From: Candidatus Zixiibacteriota bacterium
GTDB lineage: Bacteria > Zixibacteria > MSB-5A5 > GN15 > FEB-12
DNA length: 64,000 bases
NCBI GenBank assembly: GCA_049290195.1
Contig: JBATNE010000244.1
Location: 145-64,144, forward strand
Direction of reading: 5' to 3'
Shown here one piece after another: positions 23,279 through 32,138 of the stretch. The notes under the pieces were generated by a model that saw only the letters and a list, made by a program, of their open reading frames with translations, did not search any database and was not told the DNA's origin. How positions within the stretch are numbered: position 1 is the first letter of the stretch; every line of letters begins with the position of its first letter. Position numbers and translations under genes: made by a program.

Positions 23279-24022
23279 ATGGCGAATATTACCCGAATTG
23301 GCCTCGGCACTCTGTCAGTGGTTCTGTTGCTTAGTCTAGCGTCAACCGCCGAGCCCACTCCGTCCCAGCAAGCGATTAAGGAAGGTTACAAAGAGGTGAA
23401 GGCATTTTCCGACGCCTTCAAGCCCCTGATCTCAAAATCCCTTCCCGCCAAAGACTATGGCACTCTTCTCACCAGTGGCAAGGATGTGGTCAAGGCCGCC
23501 TTTGCCTTCAGTCATTTCAGCTATTCGAGCCATCTGCATGTCAAGGACTCGATATTCCGTGCCAACCGCGATTCCTTGTCGCTGACCGCTCAGGCCTATG
23601 GCGCCGCCGCCGAGCGATTTGATACGACGGCTGTATGCAAGTTACTCCCCACGATGGATCAGTTCTTCGAAAGTGCGGTGGCGGCAACGCTTCCGGTCCG
23701 ATGGCTCGATTTCGAGAAACTTCATGCCTCGGCGGAAACGCTCTATGCCCGCATTGTCAGCGCCGATGCTCCAAAGTCGAAGTTTGATACGGCCAAAGTG
23801 ATTGCCAATATCACCGCCGAAATGGCAGCCTTCGCTACCTCGACAATTCCAACCGAATGTACTATTGCCCCGGATCTCGTCGACTCGGAACGAACTTACT
23901 ATACAAAGGTTGTCGAAAAAATGAATGCCGCCTGGTTGAGCAAAGATATGGTCGCACTCAAGAAGACCACCACCGATCTCAAAGTTCGGCTCTTGAATTT
24001 TCGGCTTATATACTTGACCTGA
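23279..24022 (+). CDS. Hypothetical secreted, predicted all-alpha protein
   Basis: 247 aa with signal peptide MANITRIGLGTLSVVLLLSLASTA. Ala/Lys/Glu-rich helical composition. No family recognised. Confidence 0.6.
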   Translation: MANITRIGLGTLSVVLLLSLASTAEPTPSQQAIKEGYKEVKAFSDAFKPLISKSLPAKDYGTLLTSGKDVVKAAFAFSHFSYSSHLHVKDSIFRANRDSLSLTAQAYGAAAERFDTTAVCKLLPTMDQFFESAVAATLPVRWLDFEKLHASAETLYARIVSADAPKSKFDTAKVIANITAEMAAFATSTIPTECTIAPDLVDSERTYYTKVVEKMNAAWLSKDMVALKKTTTDLKVRLLNFRLIYLT

Positions 24023-24193
24023 TCCGGGCAGGTGATGGCCGTCACAATTGTCCTTTCTGTTTGTGATTGCGATGACGGAATGTGATTGAATCCCCGGGTC
24101 GCCGCGACTCTTCTTCTGGTCCCCGGCGTTCAGCATCCGACTGCTGTCAAGAAATCTGCTTTGACCCTTATCCGGTTTCTTTATATTCCCCCC

Positions 24194-24877
24194 ATGTGCG
24201 GACGCTATTCCATTGCCGTTGTTCTGGAACTCCTCCGGAGTCGGTTTGAATTGATCGGCATGACCCCCGAGGCGGCCGACTTTGTCCCCCGGTACAATGT
24301 CGCCCCAACCCAGGATGTCCCGATCGTCATTGGCGATAACGGCAACCGTCTGGTCACCATGCGCTGGGGACTCGTCCCGTCGTGGGCCAAGGAAGAATCA
24401 ATCGGCAACAAGATGATCAACGCCCGAGGAGAGACGCTCACCGAGAAACCGTCATTCCGCAATCTTATCGACCGCTCCCGCGTGCTCGTGCCGATCGATG
24501 GCTTCTATGAATGGAAAGTACTCCCGTCAGGCAAGAAAGCCCCGGTGCGGATTCGACTCAAAGATCATGAACCGTTCGGACTCGCTGGTTTGTCGGATCG
24601 ATGGAAAAAGCCGGATGGCTCTGAACTGAGAACATTCACGATCATCACTGTCGAAGCCAACAGCCATCTTCGTCCGGTCCACGACCGGATGCCGGCCATT
24701 CTCTCGCGCGATTCCGAGAAGCCCTGGCTTGATATGGGCCTCAAGGCAAAAGATGTCCTTGGACTGCTCAAATCATATCCGGCGGAGGAGATGGAGTATT
24801 ACGAAGTCTCTTCCGTAGTCAATTCCCCGCGCAACGACAGCCCGGTCTGCATCGAGCCTGTACCGCAGTTGCTCTAG
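24194..24877 (+). CDS. yedK: SOS response-associated peptidase (SRAP/YedK/HMCES family, abasic-site sensor)
   Basis: The start is set at MCGRYSI because SRAP proteins need Cys2 as the N-terminal nucleophile. Other SRAP motifs are present: YNVAPTQ, MRWGLVPSW, NARGETL, IPIDGFYEW, TIITVEAN, HDRMPAIL. The ORF extends upstream to 24086, but that extension would bury Cys2. Confidence 0.9.
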   Translation: MCGRYSIAVVLELLRSRFELIGMTPEAADFVPRYNVAPTQDVPIVIGDNGNRLVTMRWGLVPSWAKEESIGNKMINARGETLTEKPSFRNLIDRSRVLVPIDGFYEWKVLPSGKKAPVRIRLKDHEPFGLAGLSDRWKKPDGSELRTFTIITVEANSHLRPVHDRMPAILSRDSEKPWLDMGLKAKDVLGLLKSYPAEEMEYYEVSSVVNSPRNDSPVCIEPVPQLL

Positions 24878-27800
24878 TGAAAATTGCGCGATTTCATCGC
24901 GATTTTGGTCTCTTCGAAATTCAATGGACTGAACTCCAACCCAACAATATTGATCACCGAACCTTTCCGCTCCAACTGACCCTTGACCAAAAGACAGGTC
25001 GAATACAAAAAGGCGTCTCGATATTTCTTCTTATAGGTTGGCTTCACGACAATATTGATAAACCCGAACTCATCTTCGAGTGTGGCAAAAATAATCCCTT
25101 TCGCCGTTTCCGGTTGCTGCCGGATAATCACCATCCCGGCCACTTTGACCGGCGTTCCGTTGGAGACGCGGCGAATATCGGCCGATGACAGCACATTCTG
25201 TTTGACCAGCATCGGTCGAATCAGCGTCATCGGATGCGGCCCGGTAGTGAGCCCCATCACGCCAAAGTCGGTGCTCAGCTTTTCCTTCTTGGTCATCGCA
25301 GGGAATGGCACCGCACCCGCTTCCTCGGGAAATAACGATGGCGCATCCGGATCTTCGCGGCTCACCGCCAGTACATCCCACAGCGAATCCCGGCGGCTTC
25401 GACCAACTTTGTTGAACGCTCCCACTTTGGCTATCTGCCGCACAGCATCTTCAGTGAGCCCGGTGCGGAACACGAAATCCGCCACCGAAGAGAACCTTCC
25501 TGATGCCAGCGCCGTTTTGATCTTCTCTTTCGCTGTATCACCAAGCGATCCCACAAACCGAAAGCCGACTCGAACCGCGGCACCTTCCATTGTGCAATCC
25601 CATTCGCTCGACGTAATATCAACCGGCAAAAACCGTATGCCGCGTCGCTTCCCTTCGAAAATGATACTCGATGGCGAGTAGAACCCCATCGGCTGGGCAT
25701 TGAGCAAAGCGCAATAGAACTCGGTCGGGTAATACAGCTTCAGCCAGGCGGAGACATAGACCAACAACGCAAACGAGGCCGCGTGTGACTCCGCGAACCC
25801 GAAATCGGCAAACGCCGCCAGCTGCTTGAATATCTTGATCGCGACTTCCTCGGTGTATCCATTCGCCACCATGCCGGTCACAATCCGGTCATAGAGCGCC
25901 GCCATCCGTTCGTGTGAACGCTTGTGTCCCATGGCGCGGCGAAGTTCATCGGCATCCGATGCACTGAACCCGGCCGCCAGCATCACCAATTGCATCCCCT
26001 GTTCCTGAAAGAGCGGAACGCCGAGCGTTCGCTCCAGCACCGGAATCAGCTTGGGGTGGGGATAGGTCACCTCTTCTTCGCCGTTTCGTCGCCGCAAATA
26101 CGGATGCACCATATCCCCCTGGATCGGCCCCGGCCGGATAATGGCAACTTCGACCACGATATCATAAAATGTCCTCGGCTTCATGCGGGGGAGTGTGCTC
26201 ATCTGGGCGCGGGATTCGATCTGGAAAACGCCGACCGTTTCCGCCTTACAGATGTAATCGAACACTTTGGGATCATCATAGGTAAGCTTGGCCATATCGA
26301 GCGAGATCCCTGCATGCTGTTTGATCAAACGAAACGCCAGATCGATACAGGTCAACTCCCCCAGCCCCAGCAGATCGATCTTCACCAGACGGGCATCGGC
26401 GCAATCATCCTTGTCCCATTGCACCACCGTACGATTTGGCATGGTGGCGTTTTCGATCGGGACGATATCAGTCAGGGGAGACTGCGTGATCACCATCCCG
26501 CCGACATGAATCCCCAGGTGACGCGGAAATGTCCGGATACGCGCCACCAGTTCCATCAGGAGCGTGATCCGCTTGCTCGTAATATCGAACCCGGCTTCTT
26601 TAAGCCGGACGCCCAGATCTTCGCCTCCCCGATAATGATCCAGCAATTTGGAGAGACGATTGCAATCTTCGATCGTGAACCCAAGCGTCTTGCCGATATC
26701 CCGCACTGCCGACCGGGCGCGGTAGCAAATAACATTCGCTACCATACCGGCATGATCACGGCCATACTTGTTATAGACATACTGGATCACTTCCTCGCGG
26801 CGGGCATGGGCGATATCGATATCGATATCCGGCGGCTCCTTCCGTCCCTCGGACAGAAACCGCTCAAAGAGCAGTTTGAGCCGGATCGGGTCCACCGATG
26901 TTATCGCCAGCGAATAACAGACCGCCGAGTTGGCCGCCGACCCGCGCCCCTGACAGAGAATCCCCTGTTCGCGGCAGAACCGGACGATATCCCAGACAAT
27001 CAGAAAATAGCCGGAGAGATTCAACCTGATAATCAAATCAAGCTCATGCTCGAGTTGTGCGACAACGGCCTCCGTCAACTCCCCATACCGATCCCGCGCC
27101 CCGATGTAACTCAGCTCCCTGAGGTAGGTATGAACAGTATGATCCTCCGGCACCGGGAAATCCGGAAGCATGGTCATGAGATAGTCGAGTGAGAATTCAC
27201 ATTCATCGCCGACTCTCAGGCTGTTTTCAACTGCCGATGGATAGCGGGCGAACAGTCTCCGCATCTGCCGTTCACTTTTCAGATACCGTTCGCCATTGGG
27301 ATACAGAATCCCTTCGGCTTCATCGAGCCGACTGTGCGTCCTGATACAGGTCAGCACATCCTGAATCTTCCGGTCAGCCTTGGTGGCGTAATGGACATTG
27401 TTGGTCGCGACACAGGGAATCCCGAGGTCCGTGCCGAGGCGAGAGAGCGCCTCGACTGTTTTTTCATGCGTCGGGAGGCGGTGATGAATCAGCTCCAGAT
27501 AAAAATTGTCCCGCCCGAACAGTTCCCGAAGGTGAGCCGCCCGTGTACGGGCAGCCGAATAGTTGTCCGCCAGAAGAAGCGATGCTATTTCTGATTGGTC
27601 GCATCCGGAAAACGCTACCAGCCTTTTGGCATGCGCCTCCAACAGTGCGTAACTGACCTTGCATTCCCCTTTTGCACAAGTCGCCAGCGATGCGCTCAAG
27701 AGGGAAGAGAGGTTGCGGTATCCCCGGGCATCCCGCGCCAACAGTGTTAAGTGAAACCCGTCTTCAAGGGTGATCTCCGCGCCGACAATCGGTTTGACCC

Positions 27801-27972
27801 CATGTTGCCGACACGCCTGCGCAAACCGAATAATTCCGTACAGTCCGCTGTGATCGGTTAGCGCAAGCGCCGGGTAACCGAGTGCGGCGGCCCGCTCCGC
27901 CAGTTCTTCCGGATGACTGGCGCCATCGAGAAACGAAAAATTCGAATGGCAATGCAGTTCGATATACGCCAT
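24874..27972 (-). CDS. dnaE2: Error-prone DNA polymerase III alpha-like subunit (ImuC)
   Basis: MAYIELHCHSNFSFLDGASHPEELAERAAALGYPALALTDHSGLYG PHP-domain N-terminus. 1032 aa, no tau/beta-binding C-terminal extension. Lies downstream of imuA-imuB. Confidence 0.95.
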   Translation of the reverse strand: MAYIELHCHSNFSFLDGASHPEELAERAAALGYPALALTDHSGLYGIIRFAQACRQHGVKPIVGAEITLEDGFHLTLLARDARGYRNLSSLLSASLATCAKGECKVSYALLEAHAKRLVAFSGCDQSEIASLLLADNYSAARTRAAHLRELFGRDNFYLELIHHRLPTHEKTVEALSRLGTDLGIPCVATNNVHYATKADRKIQDVLTCIRTHSRLDEAEGILYPNGERYLKSERQMRRLFARYPSAVENSLRVGDECEFSLDYLMTMLPDFPVPEDHTVHTYLRELSYIGARDRYGELTEAVVAQLEHELDLIIRLNLSGYFLIVWDIVRFCREQGILCQGRGSAANSAVCYSLAITSVDPIRLKLLFERFLSEGRKEPPDIDIDIAHARREEVIQYVYNKYGRDHAGMVANVICYRARSAVRDIGKTLGFTIEDCNRLSKLLDHYRGGEDLGVRLKEAGFDITSKRITLLMELVARIRTFPRHLGIHVGGMVITQSPLTDIVPIENATMPNRTVVQWDKDDCADARLVKIDLLGLGELTCIDLAFRLIKQHAGISLDMAKLTYDDPKVFDYICKAETVGVFQIESRAQMSTLPRMKPRTFYDIVVEVAIIRPGPIQGDMVHPYLRRRNGEEEVTYPHPKLIPVLERTLGVPLFQEQGMQLVMLAAGFSASDADELRRAMGHKRSHERMAALYDRIVTGMVANGYTEEVAIKIFKQLAAFADFGFAESHAASFALLVYVSAWLKLYYPTEFYCALLNAQPMGFYSPSSIIFEGKRRGIRFLPVDITSSEWDCTMEGAAVRVGFRFVGSLGDTAKEKIKTALASGRFSSVADFVFRTGLTEDAVRQIAKVGAFNKVGRSRRDSLWDVLAVSREDPDAPSLFPEEAGAVPFPAMTKKEKLSTDFGVMGLTTGPHPMTLIRPMLVKQNVLSSADIRRVSNGTPVKVAGMVIIRQQPETAKGIIFATLEDEFGFINIVVKPTYKKKYRDAFLYSTCLLVKGQLERKGSVINIVGLEFSPLNFEETKIAMKSRNFH

Positions 27973-27981
27973 ACCGGCTCC

Positions 27982-29475
27982 TCAGTCATAAATCCCCTGG
28001 AGAAACCAGTACTGGGTGAAACTGTCCCGGAACAGAAGAAACCGCTCCTGACGAGCCGTTTCGATTTCGAAATATTCCCGGGCATACGGCTCGCGCCACC
28101 ACTCGCCGGTCAACACCCACGGACCATCCTGCCGGATGATCGATTCATGTCTCCCGGCAATAGTCATGATCGCCAGCTTTTCCTGCTGGAGATGTATATC
28201 AATCCGGGCCGGTGTGGTGAAAACCCGAAGGCCCGTCGTGCCCCGCGTATAGAGCGGCGGTTTGGTCTGTTTGCTTTTCTTTTTAGTCAGAGCGGCACGA
28301 AAGAGAAACGCATGTTCCGGCAAATAAGCGGCGTTGGGATGCAATGTCGTGATCTGCTCCGCCAGTTCACCAAGCGATGCTCCATCGACCCCGTTGAGTA
28401 TATCGCGCTGTTCACCATCGAGCTTCCCGGCTCCTTCGCAAATGACGTGCAGTGACCTGACACCGCTGTCCAGTTGCCACGATGGATACTCCAGCGCAAT
28501 CTTTTTGAGAAACGGAATCGATACTCCTTTCGGCTGGGCCAGCGTAATCCGTTTCTGCACGATCCTTCGGTTGTCCGTCACCATCCGGATGACGACACAT
28601 TTGCTGCCCCGTCCCTGAAGCGTCAGCTGCTCGAAACATCGCACGAGCATCTCTTTCAACTCTTCGAGAAACGGGTCACCATCCCCGAGCGGATAATCGA
28701 ACTCCCGCCGATATTCCGCGGTCGGGGTCGAACCCCTCGGGATGAACACTGCGATATCCTTCCCGGCGGCACGAGTGGCGATCAGTTTTCCTTCGTCCCC
28801 AAACCGCACCAGGATTTCCCGCGATGGTATCGTCTGCAGGGCGCCGATCGTATCCACCCCGAGTACGTGAAATGTGTCGACCGTATCCTCTTTGACGCCG
28901 AGATCGCTGATCCCTTTTCCCTGCAAGAACCCCTGCTCATCTTCGACCGCGACAATCACATAATCCCCGCTCCGCGCATACGCCGATGCCAGCTGCGCCA
29001 GATATTTATTCCCGGCGATTCCTATACTGAACGGCAGTTCTGATTTCCGTGCAGTACCGATGATATGGCCGGCGATACCGTCCTCAGTACTGTGCAATCG
29101 AATCAGCCCGGCGACATTGAGAAAGATCAACCCGGTCTGATCGCGGGGGATTTCGATATCCGGAGTAACCTCGTCAAAATTTTTCGCCAGTTGCTCGGTG
29201 GCGCGACGTTCATTCTCCAGATCAGACGACAACTGCACGAGTCCGCCGCAATACGATTCCGCGTGGGATACTTTCATCCCCGGCCGCACACCGAACGTAG
29301 CGGCGATCTCATTGACCGCCAGCACCAGCATCACCTGACCATACCGCTCGGCGATTACGAACGGTTTGTCATTCAGCGATGGATCATGCCGCCTCGCCAG
29401 ATTCACCGCGAACTGCTGATATCGCACACAGGCGATCCGATCAGGACGCACGAAGCAGTACCTCCTGATGCGCAC
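27982..29475 (-). CDS. imuB: ImuB, Y-family polymerase-like protein of the SOS mutagenesis cassette
   Basis: 497 aa with a UmuC/DinB-like N-terminal half (PFVIAERYGQVMLVLAVNEIAATFGVRPGM) lacking an obvious catalytic acidic triad. Position between imuA and dnaE2. GTG start; an alternative GTG lies at 29451. Confidence 0.85.
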   Translation of the reverse strand: MRIRRYCFVRPDRIACVRYQQFAVNLARRHDPSLNDKPFVIAERYGQVMLVLAVNEIAATFGVRPGMKVSHAESYCGGLVQLSSDLENERRATEQLAKNFDEVTPDIEIPRDQTGLIFLNVAGLIRLHSTEDGIAGHIIGTARKSELPFSIGIAGNKYLAQLASAYARSGDYVIVAVEDEQGFLQGKGISDLGVKEDTVDTFHVLGVDTIGALQTIPSREILVRFGDEGKLIATRAAGKDIAVFIPRGSTPTAEYRREFDYPLGDGDPFLEELKEMLVRCFEQLTLQGRGSKCVVIRMVTDNRRIVQKRITLAQPKGVSIPFLKKIALEYPSWQLDSGVRSLHVICEGAGKLDGEQRDILNGVDGASLGELAEQITTLHPNAAYLPEHAFLFRAALTKKKSKQTKPPLYTRGTTGLRVFTTPARIDIHLQQEKLAIMTIAGRHESIIRQDGPWVLTGEWWREPYAREYFEIETARQERFLLFRDSFTQYWFLQGIYD

Positions 29476-30073
29476 CCTCGGCCGACATCCGGCTTCGCGA
29501 CACCGTCACCTGAACTTTTTCCGATGAACTCCTTCGCACGGAGAGACGAAGCGAGACAATACTTCCCGGCAGACTGAACGATCCTTCCGGCGTGAGGATA
29601 TAGAGCGTGATATTATTTCTTACCGCCTGATGCCGCAACCGCTGCCAGAGAACGTAGTTATAACAGAGGTCGTTGTCTTTCGATGATGCCGTGCTCAGGT
29701 CGAGACAGACAAACCGGAAGACTTTTTTGATCAGAATCGTCTCCAGTATTTTCAGTGCATCGAGCAGCGATCCGGCGGTCAACACTGAGAAGCGGGGAGA
29801 GTAGGGAGGATACTGTTCATTTGATGGTAACAGCCAGAGCAGTTCCTCCGATGATGTATTCGCGAGTGCTTCGAGCAGCAGCGAACATTTCCCCGATGAC
29901 CGCCCTCCTTCGAGCTGAATAATTTTTCCTCCGCCGGTCGGCGCGAGTAGAGCGCGGATATCCGGTTGCGCCGATCGCCCGGTGAGGTTATCCGGACTAG
30001 CCGGGATAGCTTCGGGGAATTTTGCCCGAAGTTTTTGTCTGAGGTCATCGACCAGGATAGTTTTCGCGTTCAT
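29441..30073 (-). CDS. imuA: ImuA-like RecA/SulA-fold protein
   Basis: First gene of the cassette, with a degenerate P-loop-like LEGGRSSGKCSLLLEAL. The start is set at MNAKTIL (30073) because the upstream in-frame GTG (30133) would put the SOS-box-like palindrome inside the coding sequence. Confidence 0.7.
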   Translation of the reverse strand: MNAKTILVDDLRQKLRAKFPEAIPASPDNLTGRSAQPDIRALLAPTGGGKIIQLEGGRSSGKCSLLLEALANTSSEELLWLLPSNEQYPPYSPRFSVLTAGSLLDALKILETILIKKVFRFVCLDLSTASSKDNDLCYNYVLWQRLRHQAVRNNITLYILTPEGSFSLPGSIVSLRLSVRRSSSEKVQVTVSRSRMSAEGAHQEVLLRAS

Positions 30074-30081
30074 AGTGGTAT

Positions 30082-30097
30082 CTGCACGTTTGTGCAG
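30082..30097 (-). promoter_or_regulatory. Candidate LexA (SOS) operator, CTGCAC-N4-GTGCAG palindrome
   Basis: Perfect palindrome CTGCACGTTTGTGCAG lies 9-24 nt upstream of the imuA ATG. It is nested in a second inverted repeat, GGTATCT (30077-30083) / AGATACC (30103-30109). The core matches the TGCNC-N4-GTGCA LexA motif I recall for Fibrobacter succinogenes. Confidence 0.5.
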
Positions 30098-30173
30098 TAC
30101 CAAGATACCCACGGCGCGCGATTCCCCAATCACTTTTGGGAAGTGAAGATGCGAGAAGGAGATGGGGGAGTAG

Positions 30174-31067
30174 TTACCCTGCGTACAGCGTGATCAGGAA
30201 CAACGTGAACCGGAAGGCGAGGACAACGTAGTTGGTCAACACCAGAACCATCACCAGTGTCTTAATCGCCATCAGCCATCGCTTCTCCTTGTAGACACGA
30301 TTGGCGGCGCTGAAGATATAGACCGCCAGGATAATCCCAATGACCAAACTCAGGACTTCGTCTACCGGTTGCCAGGTCGGATGAAACCCCATCTTCACAA
30401 TGCACCAGATCACTGCATTTGCGATCGGCTGGATGATCGTCAACAGCAACAGATCAAATGCCACAATGTGCGTAGCGAACACCATTTGCGGCACAACCAA
30501 CGGCCGGCGCAGACAATAGAGCAGCATGACCGGTATCGAGAAGAGCGGGATCAAGATGATCACCAGTGATTTGGCGTGAAGCCGCACGGCGTGATTGAAA
30601 ATCGGCGTGTACTCCTCAAGCGACATCTTGAGAGTCTCAAGCCGATGATCAAGAATGCTCCTGGCTAGATCGCGATAGACCAGATCCCCGATATGAATCT
30701 GAAGCGGCGTACTGAATGTATTCCATCCGGTGATCGACTGAACCAGGAAGTAGACCAGGTTGATAATCAGGAACAGCTGGATCGGCCCGATATACTTCTT
30801 GTGCGCGCCGTTAATGTACGCCGAAGTCAATTCCCCCGGCTTAAGCAGCAATGCCTTCGCAGTAGACACCAGACGGCCATCGGCATGAAAGAACGACTCG
30901 ACTATGCTCTCAAAGAAGTGTCCGATCGACAGCCCATGCGGGTGCGGCATCCGTTCGCCGCACGATCCGCAGTACTTGGCAGTGGACTTCGCACTGCAGC
31001 TCGGACAGGTCCATTCGGCCGCTGCATGCTCGGGCCGATGCTCTGTCTTATGACTCTTGTCGTTCAC
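30174..31067 (-). CDS. DUF3667-like membrane protein with N-terminal zinc ribbon
   Basis: CPSCSAKSTAKYCGSCGERM (CxxC-N8-CxxC) followed by about 5 TM helices. The architecture is typical of DUF3667. Confidence 0.7.
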   Translation of the reverse strand: MNDKSHKTEHRPEHAAAEWTCPSCSAKSTAKYCGSCGERMPHPHGLSIGHFFESIVESFFHADGRLVSTAKALLLKPGELTSAYINGAHKKYIGPIQLFLIINLVYFLVQSITGWNTFSTPLQIHIGDLVYRDLARSILDHRLETLKMSLEEYTPIFNHAVRLHAKSLVIILIPLFSIPVMLLYCLRRPLVVPQMVFATHIVAFDLLLLTIIQPIANAVIWCIVKMGFHPTWQPVDEVLSLVIGIILAVYIFSAANRVYKEKRWLMAIKTLVMVLVLTNYVVLAFRFTLFLITLYAG

Positions 31068-31098
31068 GTTGCAACCTGCCTCGTATGGCGGTTCAATT

Positions 31099-31647
31099 CT
31101 AGCGCGGGTTGATTTTCGATGTCAGGATATGGTCTTCCCAGACCCCGGCGATCTTCAGATACGATTTGGCGTATCCTTCCCGCTCAAAGCCGAGCTTTTC
31201 CAGTAACTTGGCACTCCGCTCGTTTCGCGGCATGTAGTTCGCCATGATCCGGTGAAGTTTCACGATATCGAACATATACATGATCCCGATCTCGACCGCT
31301 TCGGACATGAGTCCTTTTCCCTGATGTGTGTGCGATATCGCATATCCGAGATGACAGGCCTGGAACACGCCGCGTACGATGTTCGAGAAATTGCATGTTC
31401 CGATCATCGCGCCACTGGCATTGTCGATCACAGCGAAATGAAACGCCAGCGCCGCTCTGTAGTCGGCGGATGATTTGGTAAGCCGGGTTTGTATTGCACT
31501 CAGCTCGTAGGCGCTTTCTTCGCGCGTTGGCTCCCATGGTGCCAGATGATCCCGATTCTGGATCATGAATGACTGCACCAGGAAGGCATCCTCTGACGTG
31601 AGGATTTTCAGCGTAACCCGATTACCGGGCAGTTCAAGGAGACTCAT
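31099..31647 (-). CDS. GNAT family N-acetyltransferase (RimJ/RimL-like)
   Basis: 182 aa. HQGKGLMSEAVEIGIMYMF matches acetyl-CoA motif A (Q/RxxGxG/A). C-terminal GFEREGYAKSYLKIAGVWEDHIL is typical of the RimJ/RimL subfamily. Confidence 0.85.
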   Translation of the reverse strand: MSLLELPGNRVTLKILTSEDAFLVQSFMIQNRDHLAPWEPTREESAYELSAIQTRLTKSSADYRAALAFHFAVIDNASGAMIGTCNFSNIVRGVFQACHLGYAISHTHQGKGLMSEAVEIGIMYMFDIVKLHRIMANYMPRNERSAKLLEKLGFEREGYAKSYLKIAGVWEDHILTSKINPR

Positions 31648-31741
31648 GGTCCATAATATGCGGCCCGGTCAGAGCAGATCAACCAAAAGCGAGGTGGCCG
31701 GGTGCCTCTCGTATCTTCTTGCTACTCCTACTTGTCCAAGT

Positions 31742-31855
31742 AATTGGGTTCGTTTCAGATATTTACTTTTTGCACCACCCTTCCATTCTGTGCGCGGCAG
31801 ACGGCTCGTCCCTTCGGCTTCGTCGAGGGACAGGTCTGCCCGTTCCTTCAATCGG
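31742..31855. repeat. Unclassified ~115-bp intergenic repeat, copy A
   Basis: AATTGGGTTCGTTTCAGATATTTACTTTTTG...GTGCGCGGCAGACGGCTCGTCCCTTCGGCTTCGTCGAGGGACAGGTCTGCCCGTTCCTTCAATCGG. Contains hairpin CCTTCGGC-TTC-GTCGAGG (31811-31828). Confidence 0.75.
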
Positions 31856-31925
31856 GTTCGATTGGGTTCGTTTTTCAAAGCTTCAAATTCTCTTGCCGTT
31901 CATTTCCAATAGGTTGCGAGAATCC

Positions 31926-32041
31926 AATTGGGTTCGTTTCAGATATTTACTTTTTTGTACGACCTTCTCTTCCCGTGCGCGGCACGCGGCTCGCCCCTTC
32001 GACTTTGTCGAGGGACAGGTCTACCCGTTCATTCCCATTGG
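31926..32041. repeat. Unclassified ~115-bp intergenic repeat, copy B
   Basis: Roughly 85% identical to copy A by eye and 184 bp downstream of it. The hairpin is preserved as CCTTCGAC-TTT-GTCGAGG (31996-32013; the G-to-A change keeps pairing). A partial third copy (GATTGGGTTCGTTTTTC...CCGTTCATTTCCAATAGG) lies at 31860-31913. Confidence 0.75.
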
Positions 32042-32138
32042 CAGGAGCATCCCGCTTGAAGGCGGGATACCTCGCCTCAAAGGCTCGGTCGGGGCTCCTG
32101 CCCTACCAAGACGGTTCCCTCCATATACACCGCTGAAG

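Noticed and set aside
24086-24193. 36-codon N-terminal extension of the SRAP ORF
   Set aside because: SRAP chemistry requires Cys2 to be exposed after Met removal, and the conserved MCGRY start is at 24194.
25924-27192. 422-aa ORF on the plus strand
   Set aside because: It is antisense to dnaE2, whose translation carries unmistakable PHP and polymerase motifs. The plus-frame product is His/Arg/Pro/Asp-rich with no motifs.
32049-32068. ATCCCGC-N6-GCGGGAT hairpin as a terminator of the MFS gene
   Set aside because: It has a perfect 7-bp stem but no U-tract on the minus (gene) strand. It may still be a stabilising element, but I am not calling it a terminator.
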